Origin: Camelus dromedarius
Taxonomy: Eukaryota
Reading direction: 5' to 3'
Length of the DNA: 64,000 nt
NCBI RefSeq assembly: GCF_036321535.1
Contig: NC_087437.1
Coordinates: forward strand, 113,462,001 to 113,526,000
Shown here: positions 53,069 through 64,000 of the stretch, one piece after another
Numbering within the stretch: position 1 is the stretch's first letter
Layout of the letters: every line of letters begins with the position of its first letter
The notes under the pieces: model-generated
Database searches by the model: none
What the model was told of the DNA's origin: nothing
What the model saw: only the letters and a program-made list of their open reading frames with translations
Translations under genes and position numbers: made by a program

Positions 53069-56011
53069 TTAATTGTTGGCACTTGGCCACATGCTGTGGC
53101 CTAAGCTATGGCGGCTAGGAAAGGAGCCTGGCCGGTGGCATCAGCACAGCTGCCCCTGACCACACACTCAACCACCGGCAGGTTTCAGAGGCAGCAAAGC
53201 GGGCCCTGGAGCTTAGCGGGCGTGCCTCTTCCAGCAGGAAATGAGGTGTGGCTGCAAACCCACAGCCCCGGGGAGGTCAGATTTCCTGGTAATTGCAGGG
53301 CACAGGCAGCCCCTCGGCCCCTCTCCCTCTCCTCTCCTAGCACGCTTGGCGTGGGCATTCTTTCTTCCTTGAAGGCAACTTCCCCAGATGTGGCCCCTGC
53401 CCCCAACAAAGGGGTGCAGCCTCAGCCTTGTCCAGTCCTGCTGGGCCCGCTGGAGCCCAGAGGGAGCTGCCAGGAGACTGGACAAGCTTCCCCGGGGGGC
53501 TAAGGAGTCCGAGGTGGGGAGGGGGGCCCCTTGGCATCTCTATGGACAGTGTCTTCGCCTCAGTCCTCATCAAACTCGCTGTCCCCAGGATGCAGCGAGC
53601 AGAGGTCATCCACCCGAGAAGGGCCTCCTGTTTCCTCCCTTAATCCTTCATCAAAATGTCTTTGGTTTTAAACCAGAGACTCAGGCCTGTCCAGCCGAGC
53701 TGAGGCTCTGATGTGCTGATGTAGCCTTGGAGGTGTGTTTGCGGTGGGGGAGGATCGAACGAGTCATTCCTCTTTTAAGAGACTGACTGCCCTCCTGCTC
53801 CCGCCTCACCCCCGTGGTTCCAAGAGAGTCACTGACCAATTTCACAACCCTCCACGATTGTCAAGTGGCCTCAAAACAAGACTGAAGAAGCAGCCCCCTT
53901 GCTGTGACACTCAAGTGCCCTTTCACACTCCAGACCCACTCCTCAGTGACAAAGAAGATCGCCCGGGGTGGGAGTGGGGGTGGGAGCAGTGCATTTTAGC
54001 CCAGCTCCCAATCGCTACAATTATACAAATTAAATTTTATAACTTGTGTTACGGTTCCAAATCTCCGTGGCTTGCCGTCTCTTCCTGCTGCCGGGCCCCT
54101 TGGCACAGCTGCCACTGTCTCAAATTCCAGACCAGAAAAAGGACCCACTCTACTGCAGTGATTTTATCATGAACAAGACCTGCTTGGCTCCGAAATGAGG
54201 AAAAATACTTAAGCATAATATTTGTGTAGTTCAAATGCAACGCTCTCTCTTTTCATGTGTCACCGAGGCAAATCTGGACCCTGATTCAGCCCTTCAGCTC
54301 ACAGCACCAGTCTGAACACAGACAGCCTGAGTCACACGGGCCCCGCACACGTGTGAGAGGCCTCTTACTGGCTGAGTATTTTTAAGCACTGGCCTTATGG
54401 GCGAAAGGCCATGGGGCCAGGTCCTGGAACAACCTCTGTCATCCCTTTCCCTCAGAAGTACGAAAACATCTTTTTCTAGAACATTCTATTTCTGTCCATC
54501 ATGGAGTCATTCGGTGTCTCTGGATGGAGCTTTCCTTGACTCCTCCCTCCTCTTATCTCTCTGACCTGTTCTCGGCTTCCTGGTGGTCAGGCTGAAAAAA
54601 TCTGAAGTTTTCTTGCAGAAAAGCCAACAATTCAACTCAAAAGCCACCCCAAGCGTAGTAATCCAGCCCTGTCGGTGCCTACCACAACTTAGTGCCTGGC
54701 ATTAGGAGTCCAGAAGGAGAGGAGAAGGCAGGGAAAATGAGTCAGGGAAGTTCTACCATCTCAGAAAGAATGCCAGTGGGCGAAATCAGGGTGCGGAGGC
54801 TTCTGGCAGGTTTTGTACCCATTTCAAAACTTCACATTCCTTGGGCACCCGGTGGCGTTTTTTAAGAACACCGTGTCAAGGACAGTGGGTGATCCCAGGG
54901 AATGATGTGTACCAGATCATTCTGAACACATGGCATTCGGTGTTTTGGAGTCCACAGCCGGCCTTTGAAGAGGGGCCTTCAGTTGTGTCTGCCTCAGCCA
55001 CCAAGCTTGGGGACCACATGCCACCGAGTAACCAAACAGGAATAAGTCATTTCAGGTAAGCCATTATGTGGCCAGGCATAATGTGAGGTTATTTTTTTAT
55101 TAGACCCTCTGATTGCCTTATGCTTAAAAAAAAAAAGTTTCAACATGTGAGCAATTTCTGCACCAGCTGACACCTGCCAAAATCGTAGTCATTTTCAGAG
55201 ATTAACTGATGACTGTCTGCTTGAGCAGGAATGTTTGGGCATAGCTCTCCGAGAAAACAATTCTTCACTCTAAGCTATTTCCTAAGCCCCGAGAGTCGCA
55301 GGGCTGAGTATAATGCCGGAGGAGGGGGTGAGAGTTCATTCCACACCCTCCCCACGTGTGATCCTGGGACTCAGTAAGAGTGTTATGGCCCTAACAGGGA
55401 ACCTTGAGCCCCTTCCTCACAGCGAGTGCTCGAGAGAGTCCTAACACCAAGGCACGAGGGGGAAATAAAAAGCGTTATTATACTAAAGGTGTGGTTCTGA
55501 TGCATTTATAAGCTAGATCAAAGGAAGACCTAAGTCTTTTTTTCTGAAACCGTCAGATTTCACGTGCCAAAGAGCAATATTCTGTGTGAAATATAGAAGC
55601 TTCCGATACAAACTTTCAAGCCAGGGAAAATGAGTGCTTTATGTCTTCAGTTTCCTGTATCTGTGTGCAATTAAAATGTCAATTTACCCCCTGAATTTTA
55701 AATATAAGAGTATGGAAAAAGTCTACGATCAAATTCACTTTTCTTCTTTCTTACTGAGCACTGGGCTTTTGAGGGCAACAGGGAATTCAACCCTGGATCA
55801 ACCCTCTGGTGGAATGATGTGACGTGGCCTCAGACATACCCATGCGGGCTGCCCGGCCTTTTGAACATGCTGGCCATCAACGGTGAGTGCTTCCACGGCG
55901 CTCCTGAAAACAGTGGCTGCCTCAAGGCTTCATACTAGGACGTCCTACTGACTCTTCAGCAAAGTTTAAAAGGATCCTAAGTTATGCTTCTCTGCTACTA
56001 TTTTCACATTT

Positions 56012-56166
56012 AAAAATTTTTTTAAATTTATTTTTGTTTTTTTGAGGGGGCGGTCATTAGGTTTACTTATTTATTTACCTTTTTGAGAGGAGGCACTGGG
56101 GATTGAACCCAGGACCTTGCGTGTGCTAAGCACGCGCTCTACCACTTGAGCTCTACCTTCCCTCCC
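56012..56166 (-). mobile_element. tRNA-derived SINE (camelid vic-1-like) with TSD
   Basis: 'ggggattgaacccaggaccttgcgtgtgctaagcacgcgctctaccacttgagct'; TSD TTTTCACATTT at 56001-56011 and 56169-56179. Confidence 0.8.
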
Positions 56167-56504
56167 TGTTTTCACATTTTTGAAAAAAGTCCTTGATTAG
56201 AATTTCATATATACACACAACTACACAAAGCCAAAGGAAAACAAAAAGAATAAAAATAAACGAATCCTATCAGCTAAATTTTATTCTTCATTCCAAAGAT
56301 ATACATCCTGAAATCTTCCAGAATGGGTACCCACAGGGCCTCCCCAAACATTAGGGTTTTGTGATGGATAATGAGACCAGCTTTCAGTTCTCTGCTATAA
56401 AAACTAGACTGAGTAGGTATGCAAGTCTCGTTGACAACTCAAGTGTCCTTTTCAAGAAACCATTGTTGATCTGTGGCTGTTAAGTAACTGAAATACAATA
56501 CCGA

Positions 56505-56943
56505 GTCTCCATATGTCCCGACAAATCCATCCTAAATCAAAAATCTCATAAGCTCAAAATGCATTTAAAACACCTAACCTACGGAACATTCTAGCTCAGC
56601 CTCATCTACCTTAAATGTTCTCAGAACACTTACGTTAGCCTACAGTTGGGTAAAATCATTGAACACAAAGCCGATTTTATAATCAAGTGTTGACTGTCTC
56701 AGGGAAAGTGTTGAATACCGCACTGAAAGTGAAAGGCAGAGCGGTGGGCACAGGATGTGTACCGGCTGCTGACCCCTGAGATCGCGTGGCGTCCCGCACG
56801 CATCATGTCCCGTATCCCTGGTCCACGAAAAGAACAAAATTCAAAATTTGAAGTATGGTTTCTACTGAATATATGTCGCTTTCAAACCATCTTAAAGTCG
56901 AAAAATTTTAAGTTGAGCCATCCTAAATCGGGGACTGTCTGTA
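56505..56943. mobile_element. Tigger-family (Tigger5/MER47-like) DNA transposon fossil
   Basis: 'aaaatgcatttaaaacacctaacctac...cagaacacttacgttagcctacagttggg...aattcaaaatttgaagtatggtttctactgaat...tcggggactgtctgta'. Confidence 0.7.
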
Positions 56944-59040
56944 CATGATATTCTAGCAGAGAAAACAGGTGAGGCTAAGGTATCACCTTTTTGTGGAAAG
57001 TTCTGAGTAGAGAGAATAATTTTCTGACAGTCAACACGTTAGCACGTGTTTCTGATATGGGTTTACTAGTTTTCTTGACAGAGTCTCAGCAGAAAAGTTA
57101 GAAAAGTTGTATACTCAAATCACTGCCATGATGAGCAGTTGAGAAAAATCTATGCAAAACGGTAAGACCAAAAAGATATCTGTCTATTTATATGTGTGTA
57201 CAGCTCTGTCTCTGTCTGTCTATCACACTGTGGTTCCTCTAAAAGGATGTATGTTTTTCAAAAGATGTTTGCCAGTCTGACACTAATGACATGGATTTAG
57301 ATATAAAAACATTGATATTTCTTCCCTTGATTTGCTATTCTTTAGGACTGTGGAAAAGAAACAGATGTGTGTAGAGAACAGCTGATTTTTCCTGATATAA
57401 GACTCTAACCTCTGGGTTCCAGGGTCATTAAAGTCATTAGGACTTTAAAACAACGATATTGAACATGAATGTGGTCCTTCCTCAAAGCACCTTGCAGGTG
57501 GTGAGATAAACCTTCTAACTGCAAACCTCTCCTTCCACTGGCCAATCGCATGTTGGGAAATACTGTCCTGAACTATATATATCGTGTATAGATTATAAAC
57601 GCTCTATAATGTTATATAAATATATGATATATATGTTAATATATCATGGATTTAGAGTACATATTATCGTCCAATGTTACAGAAATGTGGGTAGCCTAAC
57701 TTTCTCCCCAGTCTCCTCCCACATGGTTAAGCTGCTTGACGGCACAAGGTTGGAGTACTTCCGAACTGGAGAAGGGCCAGAGAAATGAGCCTTGTGTTTT
57801 AACCGATGTGTGGGGAATGCAGCTCAGAGAAGTGATGTCAGTTACCCAAGCTCACACAGCCAGCCAGAAAAAGAGGGCAGGTCTGAAAGCACACCTACTC
57901 CCTCAGCCTACCCCCTCCCACCTCCTGCTTCCTGCCCCTAGAAATACCAACGTCTGCGAATCCCACGTGAACACAGAGGACAGGCGTGCAGCGTTACTAG
58001 CTGTTGATCACAGGGACACTGAGCACTTGCATGGCTTGCCCTCCCTGCCTTTGCAACCCCACTTCTGTTTCCGGCTCGTCCTCAGAATAGAAGTGAGCCA
58101 GAACAGCGGTGTGACCCCTGGCAGAGCTGTGTCTCACACACCTGCACGGGCATCAGAATCTCCTGGACCTTCTGGCTTGGCGGGGCAGGGATGAGGCCAG
58201 AGAGTTCAGAGTAAGATCCAGGTGATGCTGATGCAGCCGGTCGGGCCCGATGCTGCGGGTGGGCGTGTGAGCGCTGGGCACCCCTCCCCACTGCGCATGC
58301 GCTTGCAACTCGCTTCCCATCTGCCGTGGGCTGGAAGTTAAAACACCAAAAATACCAGAACTGTGTTTAGACTGAGTGTCCATGGACACTGAGTGATGGC
58401 CTTGTTTTGGTGATAACTACTTTGCAGTCTTCCTCTTCATTTTGAAATGCTTCAATGTACTATACGGAGTGGCTGAAAATGCCAAAACTCTGCCTGCAGA
58501 GAGGCGGGTTGGGAACCTCTCTCTCTCACCATCACTGAGGTGAGTCCCTGTTGCAATAATCAGGCTGGTCTGAAAGGTGAACCCAGAATTCTCAAGTGGG
58601 AAGTGAATTCTGCCCTGCCAACTAAGGCAAGGCTTTGGGGAACAGCAGAACAGGGAACCTACTAGTCGGTTCCAGAGATGCAGCACTCAAGACCTCTGAG
58701 CCCCGACAAGGGTGGGGTGCCAACACCAACGCTATTATCCTCCCCTCCCCTAGAGAAACAGCGTGGCACCCGGGGAGTGGGGCTGCCAGTCTGGAGGTTA
58801 CTAACGCTCCATCCCCAATCTGCTTTTCCACCCAACTCTCCTGCGGACAAGAGCAAGTCTCTTCATCACTGAGCCTCCTTATCTGGAAGCCTGGAATTAA
58901 AGGACTAAGACGGATTACTCTGAGGGGCTCTAAAAGCATTCACAGCACTAACTCTGCAGCGAGTCTATTCAACCGGTTCTTGTCGGGCGACTAAGCAGGG
59001 GCTTTCTGGAACAACTTCGGATGACGTGAGGACCTTCAGG

Positions 59041-59076
59041 GTTTTGTTTGGTTTGGTTTGGTTTGGTTTTTTGTTT
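59041..59076. repeat. (GTTTG)n pentanucleotide repeat
   Basis: gttttgtttggtttggtttggtttggtttt. Confidence 0.8.
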
Positions 59077-60089
59077 GCTTGCTTTTGTTTCTGGCAGATA
59101 CCTGGCCTTTGGGAGCCAGCCTCAAGTCCAGCTATCAGATTGGTCTTCAGGGCTCGATCCTGAATCTGGGATTCTACCCAGCCCACCCTCCTCTTCCGTG
59201 TGCTGGTGGCTGGCAGCCTGGCACAAGGCAGCCTGAGAATTCGCTCTCTCTCTGCCTCCTACTGCTTCATCCCTGGTCTTTTGATTAGTTATTAGTGACC
59301 TTGGACATCAGTTTGCACAGATCGTTTCCTGTCTCCCCTCCAGCCTTCACTGAGCCTTTCCTGGTACCCGCTGGCTGGGACGCCCCATTCTGGTCTTGCC
59401 CTTTCCCTGTTACCACCCGAAGGCTGCATCGAGAGGCAGCAGGCCAGTAAACACACCTTAAAACCTGCTGGTGAGTTGTCAAGGGCTGCCGCGGGGAAGA
59501 AACCCACTCTGCTGAATCTTAATCCAGCATCCTATTTCCTGGTTTCTCATATTGGTTAGAAAATAATGATACTTTCTGGCCCCCTGTCCACCGCTTCCTA
59601 TCAGCGGTTAGAGGAATGCAAGGCTAAGTTTAATGCTCATTACCCGACCTGTGCAACTGTCCAGCCCCCCTCACCCACGCCCCGTGCAGGGCTTCTGCTC
59701 CCCTTGCTCATGCTGCTTCTGAATCGCACTGAGCTAGTGGGAAAATCCACTAGGATGCCACCACTTCCTAGGCGGCAGGTTTCTACATCTTTAGGGATTC
59801 TGCAGACATGATGCTTTACCCCAGGAGAATCACCAACAGGGATAGTGATCGATGCATTTGGCTGAGAAGAGCTTTGGTTCTCTTGCAGGTGGCAACAGGT
59901 AACTGAGTCTGCCTGTGCTTGGGGCTTCCCCCTCCTGGGTCTTCACGGCCGTGTGGTTGGTCCCTCACACGGTATAAAGCATGTGATTTTAGAGGTCAGG
60001 CTGGCATTTTTGCGAAGCCTGCATTCTAAGGTGAATGCCCCCTGCCTGAAACCAGAAAGCAGACAGTCTGAATTCCCTACTTTGCTCCA

Positions 60090-60370
60090 GCCACACCAGC
60101 CACCTTGCTATTGTTCCCAGATGCCTGCCTCAGGGCCTTTGCACTTGCTGTTTCCTCTGCCCAGAACATTCATTCCCCAGATACTGGTGGACCAGATCTC
60201 TCCTATTTTTCAAGTCTTTGCTTAACTTTCATCTTCTCCCTGAGGAGTTCCTGAATACCCTAGTTTAAGTTGCAAACCCTCTCCAACATGGTCAATCCCT
60301 CGCATTTACTTTTGGTTATCTCCACAGCACTGACTAATGTTCCTTACGGTCTGTCTGTGCCCACTGGGCT
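60090..60370. mobile_element. L2 LINE 3' fragment
   Basis: 'ctccagccacaccagccaccttgct...cctgcctcagggcctttgcacttgctgtttcctctgcc' matches the L2 3' region. Confidence 0.7.
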
Positions 60371-60604
60371 ACTGTAGAGGGCTCAGAAAAACTACTTGGT
60401 GGGGAAACATATATTTGAATATGGAGAGTTTCATGGAAAGTTGTCTCATTAAAAAAATAATGTGTAAAAACTTGTCTTCTCTATTTTTTCTTTTACTATG
60501 CTAAAACACAAAAAAGAATGGACGAAAGGCCTTTTATGTGGAGTTGAGTGTAGCACCTTCACATAAGCACAGCACCGCTACAGTTGCCTTGTGTTTTCGG
60601 AGAA

Positions 60605-60641
60605 TACACACACACACCCACACACACACACACACACACAC
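60605..60641. repeat. (CA)n microsatellite, interrupted
   Basis: acacacacacacccacacacacacacacacacacac. Confidence 0.9.
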
Positions 60642-63600
60642 GAAGTGTCCCATGTCCCTCAACACTTGGGCTAAAATGTAGCTGCTATTGCAAAGCATGA
60701 AGGGAAAAGTGTAGAAAGCTACAGAGAAGTGGGAAGGGAAGCCAGCTGGGGCCACAGGCTTTAGGCCAAAGGGCCACACAGGGCCCGCCCCCTCCATCCC
60801 TCCCTGACCCATACCCTCAAAATTCACAGGGCGAAGCAAACAGAAACAAAAGCGAGTTCCCTTAAGTTCCAGGCTCACAGTTCCAGGCGGTGGAACTTTT
60901 AGCTCATTTGCATGAGCTTTTTGAGACCTGGGCTTCCCTAACAGCAGAGCAGTCAGAATCTGTAGTCATCGGTCGCCATGGGTTACCTCCTGTTTCTGTC
61001 TGGTGACTAGGGAGGTAATTGCAGCTTAGGACAGAGATCCGCCTGCTGTCTTCTGTCCTTGACCGGAGGTAGCCCTCTGTGGGGGCGGCAGAGGCAACCT
61101 CCGTGGAGGGGTGCAGACAGCTCACAACTTTAAGATTCCTTCTCCCCTAGCAGCTTGTAATTCCAACAACTGTCAGCTCTTCCTCGGTGAAGGGACTGTC
61201 TCGAGGATACCCCATTAGAGAGGAATCAGAAATAACTCCACAGTGGTAACTGCTGGTGATATGGGTTCATTTAGCCGAGCAGCTCCTGCCCCTAGGACAG
61301 CTCTGTGAATGGGAGGTGACTTTGGAAAGGTGTGGGTGATGAGGAACTGCTCCCTGCAGCTTGGAACTGGCTTTGGAGTCCAGGCCCTCGGCAGGGCCAG
61401 GCCCGGGAGGACAGGCGATCCCTGCGGGGAAGGAGAGCTCCATCCCAGGCGACCGTGGGCTCCACCTGCTTCTTCATGCTGCCTGGGCATCCTCGTTCTC
61501 TACCCAGGCCTTCTGACCTCTGGGCGGGTCTCCCCTCCCCACGGCACTGGCACACACCACACCGAAATGTCAGAGGCCCCAAGCCTGTTCAGACAGGGCT
61601 GTGGTAAACCGAAGGCCCTCGGGGTGGTGCCCTAGTCAATGCTGGGTGAATGAATGAATGAGCGAATAAATGCCCCGTTCTTGGGCTGGACTTCTAGGAC
61701 GCACATCCAACAGCGTGTAGGATGGTCTCTATTCCTCTGTGTGCTCAAAAAAGGTTAAGGAAAATTCCCTTCCATTCCTAAAAGCCCTCTTGTTGGGCTC
61801 TCCCAGCAGCAGGGGCGGGGGCAGGTGGGGAGGGGTGCAGGGGGGCGGGGTGGGCAGCATCTGATTCCCACCTCCTGTCGTGTCACAAATGCCAACTGAA
61901 TTCTGGGCTGGCCTCGTGGAAGCAGGAGGCCAAGGGGACAGCCAAAGTCCTAACCAAAGCCCTTTAATAGGTGGTTGAGCAGGCCCTGGCTGGTGCACAA
62001 GGACAGTGACCCCCTGGCCACTCACAGCTCCTGATCACTTGCTAGTGAAGAGCCAGTCACGACCAGCAGCTGTGTTTAACAGGCATCTCTACCTCACACC
62101 ATCCAGAGAAAAAGCCGGCAGGTTGTGTGGGGGATGCTGGCCTCACTCAAGCTGACTTTTGTCCACTGTTGCCAACACACAGCTGAGAAGGAGCATTTGG
62201 GGGTGTTCCCTCCCCCATCAGTTACTTGAGTGGGCAGTGGCTTTTTGCCTGGGACATCCATGGCACAGTGATGAAAAACGCTGGTTCCACTGCTTGCCAG
62301 CTAATGTTGGGAGGGAAAGTTCTATTTATTCTATGACCCTGATGACCACACCTGAGCCAGTTAGAGTGAAGGACAAAAAGGCTGTCAATATGTCCCTCCA
62401 AAACCCGGGCACCATTCTCCCGTCCAAATCTTTTCTGGGTTTGAAAACAACAGGCGCTCCCCCCTCCCTGCCTCTCCCCTGGGATCTGGAAGGCTGGCCC
62501 GGTGGGACCTGCTGCCCAGCTCCAGTCTGCTAGGAGGGCAACTGGAGAACTGCCTTTTGCACCAACGTTTTGAACTTTCCCTCCTTTGAACTCCATAAAC
62601 AGCCCCTCTTCTGTAGGAACACGCGGGTGTGTGAACGCATCCCCTCCCCTCAGTGAGAGCGCCCTCAGGAACCGCAGGTTACACGGAGGGGCCCCCCAAC
62701 TCCCTTGCCAGTCCCTCCTCCACCCCCACTTAACCACTTCTGCTTCCTTCACCTTCTTCGCAGCTGCAGCAGGGAGCTATAGTAAAGCTACTGTATAGGA
62801 TTTTGAAAGCAGGGCCTCTGAGCGCTTTCCCAACTCCATACAGGCAGGGTATTCTCTACCGTGTTTTCTTTGGCTGCAGGTTGGTAACACAGAATGAGTC
62901 AAACAGTATTAACTTTCAATAGGGAAGTGGTGTGGTCAACCAAAGCTGTTTGCGGCTAGATTGGGAAGATAGGTAGGGCAGGTAATGAAGAACAGCCCGT
63001 AATACTGCGAGGAGGCAAGGGAGGGAGGCAGCCTGGCTCAGGGACATCCAACAATTAAGTCAACAGGACTCAAACCATCTTTTTTCAGTTGGCTGAGGAA
63101 TGAACACCGAGGTCTCCGACCGGCCAGCTTCAGGAAGTTGGCCATGTTGGGACTGTGTGGCTTACACAATTGAGCACTTTGTGGGTGTAAGGATGGCTGA
63201 CTTTTTTTTTCTTTTTCTTTTTCTTTTTTTTTTCTTTTTCACTTTCTTTATTCTTTTTAAATGATGCCAAAGTCATGGGAAATCTAGTTAGGATCATTTC
63301 CCCTCCTTATGGCATGTTGCTCTGGATGCACCTTTATTTCCTTCATTTTCCTGCTTGGGGTGTGAGTAGCTACACCCTGCCCCCTCTTCCTTCACTGGAC
63401 CCTCACCATCTTCTGGATCCGGGATCTGTCTCCCCAGGCTGGCGGGCCGGTGACAAGACCCAACTCTCCTTCTCCGGGTGAGATGATGTGCAGAGGGTGT
63501 GATCCCTGCTACAGACACAGTGTCTTCCTTTTAGAAACTGATAAGGATCTGAAACCATCAAATCCTCTCTTCTGTTCTGCAGATGAGGAAACTGAGGCTC

Positions 63601-64000
63601 AGAGAGAGATGCAGGCTGCTGACATCTGCAGAGCCAGCAGAGGCCAGGATGTTGGATTCCCAGGCCAGCGGCTGCCACTCCCTTGCCGGGGGCTCAGAAT
63701 TCCTTTTACAGCTCAACGGAGCAGCTCCGAGAACAGCCCAGCCCTCGAGACTCAAATTTCAGTAGTTTCTAGTTCTTTCTCCTTGTACTGGGCTACCTAT
63801 TTATTTTGAGACCAGCTGAATCACGCAAGGAATAGAACGAGTTTCTCCTCCCAGCCTGCCTCCGGCAGTGTGTCCGTGAATGAATGGGGCACAAGCTCCG
63901 GAGAGCCCTGCAAGGCTCTCACCTCGGAGCAGCTGCAGGTTCTGGCTCCACCTGGGAAACTGGCACAAAGGCTCCAGGTTGTAATATTTCACCTCCCTGC

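Noticed and set aside
56085..56166. tRNA gene
   Set aside because: Degenerate tRNA-like head with an A-rich tail and TSD, so a SINE rather than a tRNA gene. The copy at 25441-25543 is likewise a SINE.

Overview
Mammalian genomic DNA, probably a camelid (two vic-1-like tRNA-derived SINEs and a cetartiodactyl-type L1 3'UTR). The window holds the 3' part of RUNX1 on the minus strand: coding exons of 192 bp (52516-52707), 162 bp (21498-21659) and 476 coding bp (15623-16098, ending VWRPY*), a ~3.9 kb 3'UTR with two AATAAA signals and many miRNA seed matches, a 3' CpG island and long repeat-containing introns. The Runt-domain exons lie outside the window. The most interesting feature is at ~5030-6690 (+), downstream of RUNX1: a decayed, frameshifted coding fossil whose translation matches, in order and with near-correct spacing, motifs of the bornavirus L RNA-dependent RNA polymerase. 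It is a candidate endogenous bornavirus-like L element (EBLL) that the ORF track does not reveal. Also found: an apparent orthologue of the human RUNX1a terminal exon 7A lacking the acceptor AG, a 5'- and 3'-truncated L1 with a perfect TSD, a solo LTR with a 5-bp TSD, and several candidate enhancers. Protein and repeat comparisons were made by eye against remembered sequences and need computational confirmation.
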